Under the pieces are notes generated by a model. The model did no database searches and was not told the DNA's origin. It saw nothing but the letters and a program-made list of their open reading frames with translations. Shown here one piece after another: positions 39,701 to 48,473 of a stretch of DNA of 64,000 nucleotides (position 1 is the stretch's first letter; each line of letters starts with the position of its first letter). A program made the position numbers and the translations under genes. The stretch covers positions 6,937-70,936 of the IMG/VR virus record IMGVR_UViG_3300003320_000410; one strand, written 5' to 3'. The stretch comes from a virus.

Positions 39701-40134
39701 TCATTTTGATCATCATTAACCCAATACACACACCCGTTTATGACGCGGGCTGAATGTATGATTTTATTCTTGTCCCAATTCAGGCCGCCTGTTATTTGGC
39801 TTTCCAGTAAAACAACATACCAAATGTTAGCCGTCAAATCATAACAATCTATTCGGCTTCCGGCTACATCGTACGTAAATTCAATGATTCGACTATTTAC
39901 TTCATCTTCAGCCGCACCAATGGTAACAGCAGTGGGTGAAGTTAATGCGGGATTGGGTATTAAAACATTCGCACCTAAGCTCTCTAAAATACCTGTTTCC
40001 CCGCTATCTGTCGTAAGAGTTCTAACCTCTTCGGCGTTAATCCACTCGTTCAATTTAACAGCCATGGGCGCATCGTCAAAGTTCCCCCCGAAACCTTGCC
40101 CTTCCCCACCAAAGTATTTTTTTTCTCTCTCCAT
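36712..40134 (-). CDS. Tail muzzle/stabilisation protein
   Basis: 1140 aa, beta-rich, directly after ring-like genes as in crAss-like and P22-like tails. Confidence 0.65.
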   Translation of the reverse strand: MEREKKYFGGEGQGFGGNFDDAPMAVKLNEWINAEEVRTLTTDSGETGILESLGANVLIPNPALTSPTAVTIGAAEDEVNSRIIEFTYDVAGSRIDCYDLTANIWYVVLLESQITGGLNWDKNKIIHSARVINGCVYWVNDDQNEPRRINIDAGIKMNGGPSFSDVPAYTIPLDQSNLTIIRRQPGLPPIQVKQTQTTPTVFANLIANSSQQFCYRYGYSQYEISTLSGQSLLADYNADGDTFNCIDVNIPTAEPIDQDVIQIDMVVKFLATNKFFVIKSWKKSNPTDLAEINAHNAGTTPLTFRFYNDQIGVPLDDAYSVKLFDSVPLTAEALETAKNRLFLGNYKIGYDTPISTSLSLSSTSQTFSGSSSDIIGNWFLLKYHTTAPDASGSAYVLFTTTNFGGNPPTGQYWYTWTGGSVPPFPPSVNATDLVYRGSTFSQMVNSFRGSAIAIAPTDYINQSAASIIISSATPVSSVVGTAFKSNASYQVSISFKDNYGRECGILTNPSLLFTTPDTGLSAYTYITAITWLLSNANALNEIPDWAYYYSINITQCLRTRFFLQSLGVFIYADKDTSGDYTFTTTAYSSDLAGIAIDLTFLNSHAQGYSFSEGDLVEAYIHGTLYNLSIIGESGKWIICQLMDVGSLATTEGIYEIYTPYKRQSNEPYFEENNIFPVLNPGTNSRQYSALTGSIVGDVFIFSRTNSTTNYFTEGMSPNDKFYFPWFTSAGRPNFIDDIGQVTKTGSIAFSNTFILGSKNNGLSTFDALDTKDIYPECGPLKKLQLTSKVEGEIGTIMLGICVKDTTSLYMGETQVLSTTGDAFLAQASGVIGTINVLKGNFGTISPESVVEFRGNVFWVDVLNGKVIQYSANGLFPISNYKMTRYWKLFCAQYASMSQSVIEALGSRPFIFSCVDSNNWELLISVPKVLATPPKGYLPDYPDMIYPFDIWDGQGKTLVYKLNAQPNHWQGVYRFSPEWLTGMQNKVFSFKAGKIYEHNSNVFPCTYYGEAKTPKIMFLGNQIPNRPKVYNNVSIEGNYRPTLVYFRTEPSLDEFEQYDLEEQASDLTDFDFEIKEGQMYAAMYRNKLQPTATGMDFNGLLTGNKMRALALKTMLQFNPTKGPLQLRFFTFGFSISLGHTT

Positions 40135-40887
40135 TTAGCTTTTAATAGATGCTCTATAGGTTGAACGAATAATATCTATGATATCAGTGACAGTGAGCGT
40201 GTTCAGACGTGCTCTTAACTTTCTTTTCTCGTTATAAAACGTTCTCGCTTCCGGTGAATCTTTTATAGCTGCCCTTGGACTCCTTTGCCAATCCGTATAA
40301 GTAAACAATGTCCTCGATGCTGCTGTTTCAATCTTGCTGGCGTTATCTACTGTTTGCCCATCTGAAATGTACATAACCACCGCCGTAGAACTAGTGAATG
40401 TTCCTGTCAATTGGATTTGCCTTCTTTCTTTAATCACATTATATGCATTCAATCGCCCATTTCCAGGCGCTCCAAAACGTCGGCCTGTTGGCTCACCCCA
40501 GTCCGACACATTCCAATACCAAAAAAACTCTCCATTAAATGTTAAAGAGTTCGGCTCATCCGTAGTAATGACCACGGGACTAGGAATGAATGAACCTGTA
40601 GAGTCATGCGAACGGATAGGTGTTATGCTAGCTCTCTGTGGTACGGGTTGTAGAAATCCTCCACGCGGCAAATATAAACCCACAACATCAACCAAATCGT
40701 CTGGAAAATCAATCGCATTGTAATTGTTGACTGGCAATGTGGCGGAATTTACTATTTGTAAACTGTCAAAATTCAGCTCCTTCAAACAAGTCGAATGGTG
40801 CAACAGGGTCTCCAAATAAAAATGGATCGGCAGACCGCGTTCAAGCAGGTATCGCCTTGTTAATGAATCTAAGGAGTCAAAAATCAT
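40135..40887 (-). CDS. Tail ring/tubular protein
   Basis: About 250 aa, immediately upstream of muzzle gene. Confidence 0.55.
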   Translation of the reverse strand: MIFDSLDSLTRRYLLERGLPIHFYLETLLHHSTCLKELNFDSLQIVNSATLPVNNYNAIDFPDDLVDVVGLYLPRGGFLQPVPQRASITPIRSHDSTGSFIPSPVVITTDEPNSLTFNGEFFWYWNVSDWGEPTGRRFGAPGNGRLNAYNVIKERRQIQLTGTFTSSTAVVMYISDGQTVDNASKIETAASRTLFTYTDWQRSPRAAIKDSPEARTFYNEKRKLRARLNTLTVTDIIDIIRSTYRASIKS

Positions 40888-40889
40888 TT

Positions 40890-41627
40890 TTACTTATATT
40901 TAAAAATGAAACCGTGCGATGTTTTATTTTTACCCTTTAATATGTAATGTATATTATTAGGATGGATTCCCAACTCCGACGCTGCGGCAAGAGTAGAAGG
41001 AAATTCTTTAATAAATATTCCATTACTATCAAATTGTATTATTGGTTTTCGGACAGATTCGCCTCCCTTTTTAAGGTTATTAACAATTCCTATCTTATCA
41101 TGCCTATTCTTTGCAGCAATCGACTGCTTTAATTTCACCACAGGATTTGCAAACACTTCTCTCATTTTAGCTTTCTCTTTTGGATCATTCCATCTTTTTA
41201 ATTGCGATGCTGATAATTTATTTCTGGACGCTGGATTAGCCCATACTTTTTTAGAGGCTTCTGATCTTCTAATTCTTGCCTCCTCTGTAAATTTTATACC
41301 AGAACCTCCATCACCTCCATCTGTTAAATTCATCCCATTTTCATTAGGCCACCTGTTTTTATTTGACTTATAAAAGTCTATCCAAAATTTTTCTCTCTCA
41401 AATGCGAAATATTCGGTTGAATGCATTTTTTCAATCTCCTCTTTAATATGCGCTTCCCACCCATACTTGCAAATGGATGCATACATAAGTCTTTGATGCT
41501 TGCACTCCAATCTCATGTATTTGCCCATCCTTTCATTGAAATCTCTTGTTTTACCAATATAAACGCGCCCTTTAGGGTTCGTTATTTTGTAAATGCTCCA
41601 ATGTCTGAGTTTCTTTTCTACGCTCAT
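40890..41627 (-). CDS. GIY-YIG homing endonuclease with NUMOD1-like C-terminus
   Basis: IYKITNPKGRVYIG; IIQFDSNGIFIKEFPS..AA. Confidence 0.85.
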   Translation of the reverse strand: MSVEKKLRHWSIYKITNPKGRVYIGKTRDFNERMGKYMRLECKHQRLMYASICKYGWEAHIKEEIEKMHSTEYFAFEREKFWIDFYKSNKNRWPNENGMNLTDGGDGGSGIKFTEEARIRRSEASKKVWANPASRNKLSASQLKRWNDPKEKAKMREVFANPVVKLKQSIAAKNRHDKIGIVNNLKKGGESVRKPIIQFDSNGIFIKEFPSTLAAASELGIHPNNIHYILKGKNKTSHGFIFKYK

Positions 41628-42301
41628 TACGTTTGTTTTTGCTCTGTTAGGGGTATTCCTTTCAATTCCTTTCTGCCAGGATCGACCACCTTATCGCTAA
41701 CTGGTTCTGGCGCATATAATGCTACTACCATTTGCTTAATCTGAAACTCCTGCTCAGGGAGCAGGGGCAGTGGATCGAAATCTCCATATTGGGAGATGTC
41801 CATTATCACTAGTCTCATACTTACCTTAAATGGCGGATCGGTTGGTGCAGGTGTCAAGTTCTTGGTGAATAATACTTGATCTCCATACACTTCATACCCA
41901 CACTGCCCCATTAAATCACTTATCAATCGTTGGGATTTAAGTAATCCAAACTGTCCTAGCTGTAAGGGGATGTACTCTTGGGACGGTTCCCCATCTGGAA
42001 ATACACTCCACACTCCCATGTCACGAGGCAATTTAATGGGTTTAATTGGAAGTTTTGCAGCGGTGCGTCCGTTGAATGTAGTTGTAGGTATGCCCGTATA
42101 AAGCCCCAATACGCTACCGTTGGGAATGGTTTCTCCTAGTCGTCCATTGACCTGAAAATAGTCAACCTTCAATAATTGGTTAATGGCTTGGCCTACGGCT
42201 ATTTTCAATTCGTATATAGATACTTTCCCTGCAATAGGAATATTGCCGCCATATATTAAGCGGCCACACTCTTCGGCCAAGCGAAAAATTGTCGTTGCCA
42301 T
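41627..42301 (-). CDS. Tail ring/adaptor protein
   Basis: About 224 aa in tail block. Confidence 0.5.
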   Translation of the reverse strand: MATTIFRLAEECGRLIYGGNIPIAGKVSIYELKIAVGQAINQLLKVDYFQVNGRLGETIPNGSVLGLYTGIPTTTFNGRTAAKLPIKPIKLPRDMGVWSVFPDGEPSQEYIPLQLGQFGLLKSQRLISDLMGQCGYEVYGDQVLFTKNLTPAPTDPPFKVSMRLVIMDISQYGDFDPLPLLPEQEFQIKQMVVALYAPEPVSDKVVDPGRKELKGIPLTEQKQT

Positions 42302-42307
42302 TATTTT

Positions 42308-42538
42308 TTATTTAGCTTCCTCATACCAGTCCGAACAGTATGAATCTGCTGGTGCTGGTATAATATCACTTCCCATCCACAGTTGAAAATATTTATTTGA
42401 ACATTTTTGATTCCCTTTGTAATACTCGCATGATGCACATGAACTTCCGCCCTTCGGCACTCTCATCCCCGGCTTATGGTCAGGCGGGTATTCAACTTTA
42501 CCTTTTTTGTTTTGCATAGCAGATATCGGATTCATCAT
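42308..42538 (-). CDS. Small four-Cys protein, HiPIP-like motif
   Basis: CASCEYY...C...YCSDWY. Confidence 0.55.
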   Translation of the reverse strand: MMNPISAMQNKKGKVEYPPDHKPGMRVPKGGSSCASCEYYKGNQKCSNKYFQLWMGSDIIPAPADSYCSDWYEEAK

Positions 42539-43191
42539 AGCTTCATAGTTTGCATAAGGTTTTGATTATTTTTTGCATCTGACCACTGAAGGATATCATT
42601 TTCGGATAAATTGATACCGATACTTTCAAGACTGCACAAAAGCAAACTTTCTATTTCATCGTCCGACCATAAAAGTTGTGTAGATGCCGATTGATTATAA
42701 ACTATGACCCGTCCGCTGACTGTTGTATAAACAAACTTGGGTGGTTGAGGGCGTGAAAAATAGGAGATGAATCCCGATTGGGTCACTTTGGGATAAAGCT
42801 GAAAATCCCATCCGGCTGTTATTTCTGCAAAGGGGGCTGTGATAGAATTAGGGATTACCTGCGAATTGGCCCTATTGGTTATTTCGTCCTCGTTCAAAAC
42901 TGGGCATGGTACTCTTTTACCGTCAACCATAGGGATAATGTCTATTAAATCCATATAGTCGTCGGGGGCCGTAAGAAATCCGTTTGTGTCTGTGGTAAAT
43001 GCAACGTTCTTTTTGAAAGGGGCCAGGGCATCCGTCAACCGCTGGCCAGTCCCATATTTTATGAAGCAATTTTTGTAGTATCGGAGCTGCCCTTTGTCTG
43101 TTATAAGGTCTAGTTCTTCAGGTGGATAGAAACCCCCTTGGGCTTTGTTTATAAAGAACTGTAAAAAGTTATAACATTCTTTTAAGTCCAT
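42535..43191 (-). CDS. Tail ring/adaptor protein
   Basis: ATG at 43191 preferred to TTG at 43203; SRPQPPKFVY pattern; size about 220 aa. Confidence 0.55.
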   Translation of the reverse strand: MDLKECYNFLQFFINKAQGGFYPPEELDLITDKGQLRYYKNCFIKYGTGQRLTDALAPFKKNVAFTTDTNGFLTAPDDYMDLIDIIPMVDGKRVPCPVLNEDEITNRANSQVIPNSITAPFAEITAGWDFQLYPKVTQSGFISYFSRPQPPKFVYTTVSGRVIVYNQSASTQLLWSDDEIESLLLCSLESIGINLSENDILQWSDAKNNQNLMQTMKL

Positions 43192-43257
43192 GACGGGGCA
43201 CAAAATTTGATGGGTGTCCCAAATTTACCCCAATTTCCGAATTTAGGAAATCTTTTT

Positions 43258-43914
43258 TTACATAACGTGCCCGAAATCAGGTTGGTTGCGCTTGTAGCCC
43301 ATGATGTGTGTCTGTGTGATAATGCCGAATTTTTTCTTCCCTATTTCATATTTCTGCAATTTTCTGGGATCAAAAAAGACTGTGTCTCCTTCTTTGGCAT
43401 CGATGCTTTTTAGATGAGTGAGATTGTTCCCGATGCCCGTTAATGTGGCCCACCCAAGGCCGTCTATGTTTTTCATGTTGGCCGGAAGGATAATGTTCAT
43501 GGGGTTGTTGTAGTCCTCTACCATACAATAGCCGTTTACCATGATAATTTGTCCTTGGCGGATAACTGCAAATATTTTATCAATCTTCCCGCTCCAATAT
43601 TCTTTCCCGCGATACCAAAATGCGTTTCTAAATCGTTGGCTATCATTCGTAAATTCATGTATTAGGTCATATCGGAAGATAGCCGTATCTCCCACCTGCA
43701 TGTCCTTGATAGAAAAACCCCTGAGCCAGCCGTTTTGTCCTTCGATAACTGTTTTGGGTAAGGCAATAATCTCTCCTACGATATTCACCATGTCGGCAGA
43801 ATTTATATCTGATGCCTGGGAATACATGGCAGATGTTCGAGCCACCGCGCCGTATTGTTTAACGAATGTATCGCCGATTTTAAGCAAAAGATTGTTGAAA
43901 GGAGATTGAAGCAT
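43258..43914 (-). CDS. Tandem GroES-like beta-barrel protein
   Basis: Two GroES-like units (SPFNNLLLK...GEIIALP...VGDTAIF; GYCMVE...EGDTVFF); ATG at 43914. Confidence 0.5.
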   Translation of the reverse strand: MLQSPFNNLLLKIGDTFVKQYGAVARTSAMYSQASDINSADMVNIVGEIIALPKTVIEGQNGWLRGFSIKDMQVGDTAIFRYDLIHEFTNDSQRFRNAFWYRGKEYWSGKIDKIFAVIRQGQIIMVNGYCMVEDYNNPMNIILPANMKNIDGLGWATLTGIGNNLTHLKSIDAKEGDTVFFDPRKLQKYEIGKKKFGIITQTHIMGYKRNQPDFGHVM

Positions 43915-43929
43915 GTGGAAATATTTTTT

Positions 43930-43952
43930 CAAAGATAGGTAAATTGCTTTAC
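43930..43952 (-). promoter_or_regulatory. Bacteroidota sigma-A -7 element (TATCTTTG) for the late block, with adjacent GTAAA-N4-TTTAC palindrome
   Basis: CAAAGATA at 43930-43937 matches TAnnTTTG on minus strand; palindrome at 43939-43952. Confidence 0.65.
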
Positions 43953-43965
43953 TTTTACTTACACA

Positions 43966-44169
43966 ATGGAGACAATGACAATTCGACCCGGCAAAAAATA
44001 TGCAGGGATTGTGAAGAAATTACAGAATGCTGCAAGTGATTCCGGAAGGTCATTGAATAATTTTGTTTTATTCTTACTTGACAATCATTTAAAAAATAGC
44101 ACGAATGAGCACCAAAATGCCGGACAAACTGCTGGGGGGACGCCTCCTAGTGAAAGTATTAAAGAGTGA
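43966..44169 (+). CDS. Ribbon-helix-helix (Arc-like) protein
   Basis: TMTIRP...KKLQNAASDSGRSLNNFVLFLL. Confidence 0.7.
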   Translation: METMTIRPGKKYAGIVKKLQNAASDSGRSLNNFVLFLLDNHLKNSTNEHQNAGQTAGGTPPSESIKE

Positions 44170-44395
44170 AGAACATGAAATGGAGAGCGGGCTTGTAATT
44201 CCAAAAACAGCCAATTCGCAATTGACCGAGGGTCTTGTGGTAAAGATAGATGAATCAATAAAAGACTTCACGCCAGTAGGTAATATAGTTGTTTTCCCTA
44301 CTGGCTCTGGGGTGGGACAGTTTATTGACAATGCGCCACACTTATGGCTTTCGGTTAATGACGTGTGGGGAACCTTCTCAATGGATAATGAATGA
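44105..44395 (+). CDS. groES: Co-chaperonin GroES homologue
   Basis: LLGGRLLVK...ESGLVIP mobile loop, EGLVV, VGNIVVF; 96 aa. Confidence 0.85.
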   Translation: MSTKMPDKLLGGRLLVKVLKSEEHEMESGLVIPKTANSQLTEGLVVKIDESIKDFTPVGNIVVFPTGSGVGQFIDNAPHLWLSVNDVWGTFSMDNE

Positions 44396-45087
44396 ACAAT
44401 CCATTAAAGATATTATTTAAGTTCCCTACCCGTGGCAGGCCGGAATATTTCATCAAAACGATGGAAAATATTTATAGCAACATAGCTTACGGCGATGATT
44501 ATTTAATTTGGGTAACGGCTGATTCAGACGATGCGTCGATGAATAATGAAAATATTAGATCTAAATATCCATACGATTTTCCAAACTCCATAGTGAGTTT
44601 TGGCAGATCGACATCGAAGGTAGATGCTATTAATAGAGACATGGGTTTAGCTTCTCAACGTTTCGACTGGGATATACTTATAGTTGTATCAGATGACATG
44701 GAATTTACCTTTTATGGATTTGATAAAATCATAAGAGATCAATTCAGTGATGGCGATCTTGACAAATTAATTCATCTACCCGATTCTGATGCGAAAGATG
44801 CATTAGCTACTATGTACATAGCTGGAAGAACATTTTATGACCGCTTTGGCTTTATATACAATCCTTGTTATCATAGCTTATTTTGCGACAATGAAATACA
44901 GGAAATAGCCAAACAGTTAGGATGCTACCGATACGTAGATATTCCCGGCATCATTTTTCATCACAACCCAGCGTATGGCCATAGAGAAAAAGACCAAATG
45001 TTTATAGAACAGCAAGAAATAGGATGGGATAAAGATCATAAAACGTTCTTAGAAAGACAATCCAAAAATTTTTATTTGAATATATGA
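44392..45087 (+). CDS. Glycosyltransferase, GT-A fold (GT2-like)
   Basis: FPTRGR, DSDD, SDD, CDNE motifs. Confidence 0.75.
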   Translation: MNNPLKILFKFPTRGRPEYFIKTMENIYSNIAYGDDYLIWVTADSDDASMNNENIRSKYPYDFPNSIVSFGRSTSKVDAINRDMGLASQRFDWDILIVVSDDMEFTFYGFDKIIRDQFSDGDLDKLIHLPDSDAKDALATMYIAGRTFYDRFGFIYNPCYHSLFCDNEIQEIAKQLGCYRYVDIPGIIFHHNPAYGHREKDQMFIEQQEIGWDKDHKTFLERQSKNFYLNI

Positions 45088-45680
45088 TCCCATTACTAAC
45101 TATAATGATCCCAACCACCGTAGACAGGCAAGACCTTTTCAGGCCCTTGATTTCGGAATTATGGCGTCAAATATATGAAAGTGCGTGGCTCCCGGCTGTT
45201 GATATAATTTCTATGGAGGACGACAAACGAATTTCTGTAGGCTATAAACGCCAGCTTTTATTAGAAAGGGCCACAGGATTATTTGTAGTGGGGTTTGATT
45301 CCGACGACTGGCCAGCCGAAGATTATATTTCTTCCATAATGGGGGCCATTTCTAACCATCCAAATACTGATCATGTTGGATTTTTAGAGCACTGTACGAT
45401 AGATGGCAAAGAAAGCATATCCTGTTTTTCATCTAGTCATTTGAAATGGGAAGAGAATGCTCACGGGTTTGACCATATTCGTTGCGCTAACCCAAAATCG
45501 GTCATCCGCCGTTCGATTGCTTTAAAGGTAGGGTTTCAGGATTTGAGATACGGAGAGGATAGAATATTTTCAGAAGCAGTTACGCCATTAATCAAATCAG
45601 AAGTTTTTTTGAATAAGGTTTTATATTATTATCGCCACACTTCAAATATGACTCATGAAAAAAGATACGGCATTATTTGA
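45084..45680 (+). CDS. Glycosyltransferase family 2-like
   Basis: LTIMIPT, FDSDD, GED, LYYY motifs. Confidence 0.8.
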   Translation: MIPLLTIMIPTTVDRQDLFRPLISELWRQIYESAWLPAVDIISMEDDKRISVGYKRQLLLERATGLFVVGFDSDDWPAEDYISSIMGAISNHPNTDHVGFLEHCTIDGKESISCFSSSHLKWEENAHGFDHIRCANPKSVIRRSIALKVGFQDLRYGEDRIFSEAVTPLIKSEVFLNKVLYYYRHTSNMTHEKRYGII

Positions 45681-46389
45681 GATTGTTTGTAGAGTTTGTC
45701 AAACTGTTAAGGGTGTTGAATCGTTTATTGGTAAAACTAAAAAAAATGGTCGTTTTTACTATGATAAAATATGCAAAGAATGCCTGAATAAAAGGCTTAG
45801 GTCAAAAAGGGTTATAAAAAGACAAAACATCCCAGAAATTCCAGGAGAGATTTGGGTGCACCTTCCTGAATTTGAAGGTCACTATCAAATTAGCAATTTA
45901 GCCAGAGTAAAGTCTATTGATAGGGTTGTGATGAGATCGGATGGATTTGCAGTTAGAAAACCATCTCAAATCAGAAAGGTTAGAATTAATCAAGATGGAT
46001 ATTTGCAACTAGTTTTAATTAAGGATGGTAATTTTTATAATACCTCTCTCCATATACAGATGGCAAAGGCTTTTGTTCCGAACCCAAATAATCTGCCTGA
46101 AGTTAACCACATAGATGGCAATAAACAAAATTGCTTACCCACTAATCTCGAATGGAACACCCACCTATGCAATATGCAGCATGCTGTTAAAAACGGCCTT
46201 AGAAAATACGCAAAAGGAGGCCCCTCAATCAGATACAAAATACCATTAAATGACGTTCTTTATATTTACAGAAGTGATGAAAAAACTGGTGTATTAGCCA
46301 AAAAGTACAATGTAACTAAGTCCGCCATTCAAAGGATTAAAAATGGACAAACATATTCAAAAGTAACTAATCATGGAGCTAAAGAATAA
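45655..46389 (+). CDS. NUMOD4-HNH homing endonuclease
   Basis: EIWVHLPEFEGHYQISNLARVKS; VNHIDGNKQNC...NLEW. Confidence 0.9.
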   Translation: MKKDTALFEIVCRVCQTVKGVESFIGKTKKNGRFYYDKICKECLNKRLRSKRVIKRQNIPEIPGEIWVHLPEFEGHYQISNLARVKSIDRVVMRSDGFAVRKPSQIRKVRINQDGYLQLVLIKDGNFYNTSLHIQMAKAFVPNPNNLPEVNHIDGNKQNCLPTNLEWNTHLCNMQHAVKNGLRKYAKGGPSIRYKIPLNDVLYIYRSDEKTGVLAKKYNVTKSAIQRIKNGQTYSKVTNHGAKE

Positions 46390-47053
46390 GCCATGCATCA
46401 TATCGGCAGGTATAGGAGGACATTACCCATTTGGAATTGATCGACTAGAAAAGTCTTTGAACTATCATGGCTGGCCGGGGGCGACAATGTTTTGGAAAGA
46501 CTATCCGAAAGGATGCCCAGCCCATATAGGTGATGGCCAATACAATTTCAAGTTATACTGCTTCAATGAAGCCTTCAAGGCAGGTCATAAAGTAGTACTT
46601 TGGTTAGACAGTTCGATTTACCCAATCAAAGATGTTATGCCAATCTTCGACTACATTAATGATAATGGGTTATTTTTTTTCAAATCCGGATATCCGTTGA
46701 GTGCGACCGCTACAGATAGACTTTTAGATTACATGGATTGCAAAAGAGAGAGATTAGTTGATGTTCCTGAGTTTGCAACCGGTTGCGTAGGCATTCGCAT
46801 TGACAACCCTAAAGGAGCACATTTCTTTGCGGCTTGGGAAAGAATGATGCATGCGGGATTATTTGGAGGAAGCAGGACGCACAGCAAAGAAGATAGCCCT
46901 CATCCATTGTTCAAGTTTTCGCGCCAGGATCAGTCAGCGGCAAGTGCAGTACTTCATGAAATGGGCATCACTACAGCCGGAGAAGATAAAGACTGGGTAT
47001 CTTACTACCCTCATTCAACAGATAAGACAATCCTGTTTATAAAGGGTATATGA
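46373..47053 (+). CDS. Glycosyltransferase-like protein (GT-A fold)
   Basis: YNFK...VLWLDSS, RQDQS motifs. Confidence 0.6.
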   Translation: MELKNKPCIISAGIGGHYPFGIDRLEKSLNYHGWPGATMFWKDYPKGCPAHIGDGQYNFKLYCFNEAFKAGHKVVLWLDSSIYPIKDVMPIFDYINDNGLFFFKSGYPLSATATDRLLDYMDCKRERLVDVPEFATGCVGIRIDNPKGAHFFAAWERMMHAGLFGGSRTHSKEDSPHPLFKFSRQDQSAASAVLHEMGITTAGEDKDWVSYYPHSTDKTILFIKGI

Positions 47054-47092
47054 CTTTATTAATAATGTTAGCCATCATTTTGTGTATTTTAT

Positions 47093-47923
47093 ATGGCTAT
47101 ATTTCAAGTAGACACAATGAAAGCGATAATATCGAGCACGGAAGATGATAAGTATTTATTCTTTATCCCAATAGTGGCTTGGTGCTGGAAGAAACTCGAT
47201 GTTCAGACTATTTGTTTTATCCCATCGGGGCGCATTTCGGCATTGAAGATAGATTTGATATTTGAAGTGTTGCAAAAGGTAGATACCCCTGTAGAATTTC
47301 ATGTTTTTGATTGCGCTGAAGGCAAGGAGGCCACTTACGCCCAATGTTCAAGACTATATGCGGGGGCCTTGGATTTATTAGATGATGAAATACTTGTAAC
47401 TTCCGATGCAGACATGGCGCTTTTCAAGTTACCTATTCCAGAACTTATTGATTCCTCTGTACAATTTAATGTATTTGGATCAGACTTAGTTCCTCCAAAG
47501 CAAATTCCAATGTGCTACGTTTCCGCAAAGGCTTCAGATTGGAAATTAGCCTTTTCAAAAGGACGCTCACTTCAACAGTGTTTGGACGAATTATTAAAAA
47601 ATATAGAATCTGCCACAATGAAATCAGACTATTGGGGCAAAGATCAAGAAGAGATGTTTAATAGCCTTTATCTGCATCCAATAGTAATTCAAGACAATCC
47701 AAGGGCTAGGCCCGGCACACAATTCGCTTCAAACCGGTGCGACAGAGACGACATAAATTGGCGTTCATATTTAGGGGGGTATTTAGTCGATGCCCATCTA
47801 TGGAGGCCGGGGTACACAGACGAAAACTTTGCTAATATCCTTGAATTACTACAGACGCAATATCCGAATGACCATTTTGATTGGTTAATAAAATATAGAA
47901 ATGATTATGTCAGTCTTTTATAA
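47093..47923 (+). CDS. Glycosyltransferase-like protein
   Basis: QCSRL, ILVTSDADM (DxD), WGKDQ motifs. Confidence 0.55.
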   Translation: MAIFQVDTMKAIISSTEDDKYLFFIPIVAWCWKKLDVQTICFIPSGRISALKIDLIFEVLQKVDTPVEFHVFDCAEGKEATYAQCSRLYAGALDLLDDEILVTSDADMALFKLPIPELIDSSVQFNVFGSDLVPPKQIPMCYVSAKASDWKLAFSKGRSLQQCLDELLKNIESATMKSDYWGKDQEEMFNSLYLHPIVIQDNPRARPGTQFASNRCDRDDINWRSYLGGYLVDAHLWRPGYTDENFANILELLQTQYPNDHFDWLIKYRNDYVSLL

Positions 47924-48473
47924 TTCTCCACGTTTTTATGAAATAAAACCTCTGCAAAAAGAGAAGTGGTTACCTTTGGGTGATTTTGAAAATAACATCT
48001 GGGTAAGCAACATGGGGAGAATAAAGGCCATTGCTTGTCAAAATAGGAATAATCGAAAAAGGGGAGAAGAGTACATAATACCACAATTTATCTGCGGTAG
48101 AGGATATTTGACTATAGGATTTTGTTATAATGGCAAAAACTATATGAAATCTGTTCATAGGCTAGTTGCATTGCTTTTCATTCCGAATCCTTTAAATAAA
48201 AAGACGGTAAATCATAAAAAGGGAATAAAAATCGATAACAGGGCCACTGAACTTGAATGGGCCACTTATTCAGAACAAGAAATACATTCATTAAAATTGG
48301 GTCTTAGAAAAACAGGGTCAGCCCATTTTGCTACAAAATTAACAGATGAAGATGTTTTATTTATTAAAACATCAAATATGAAACAAAATGAATTAGCTAA
48401 AAAATTCGGTATTTCAACAGCTCATATTAATAATATAATAAAAGGTAAAAGAAGAAAGAATGAATATTCCTGA
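47901..48473 (+). CDS. NUMOD4-HNH homing endonuclease
   Basis: WVSNMGRIK; VHRLVA..F, VNHKKG.K.DNR..ELEW. Confidence 0.9.
   Translation: MIMSVFYNSPRFYEIKPLQKEKWLPLGDFENNIWVSNMGRIKAIACQNRNNRKRGEEYIIPQFICGRGYLTIGFCYNGKNYMKSVHRLVALLFIPNPLNKKTVNHKKGIKIDNRATELEWATYSEQEIHSLKLGLRKTGSAHFATKLTDEDVLFIKTSNMKQNELAKKFGISTAHINNIIKGKRRKNEYS

Noticed and set aside
10922-40940. Many + strand ORFs of 60-185 aa inside the late block (e.g. 18804..19358, 13421..13783, 30304..30681)
   Set aside because: Antisense shadows of long minus-strand genes with no recognisable motifs or leaders.
43915-43932. TTG start for the GroES-like ORF (also TTG starts at 43203 and 56386, and the track start at 17783)
   Set aside because: They overlap a promoter element or terminator, or have a better nearby ATG.
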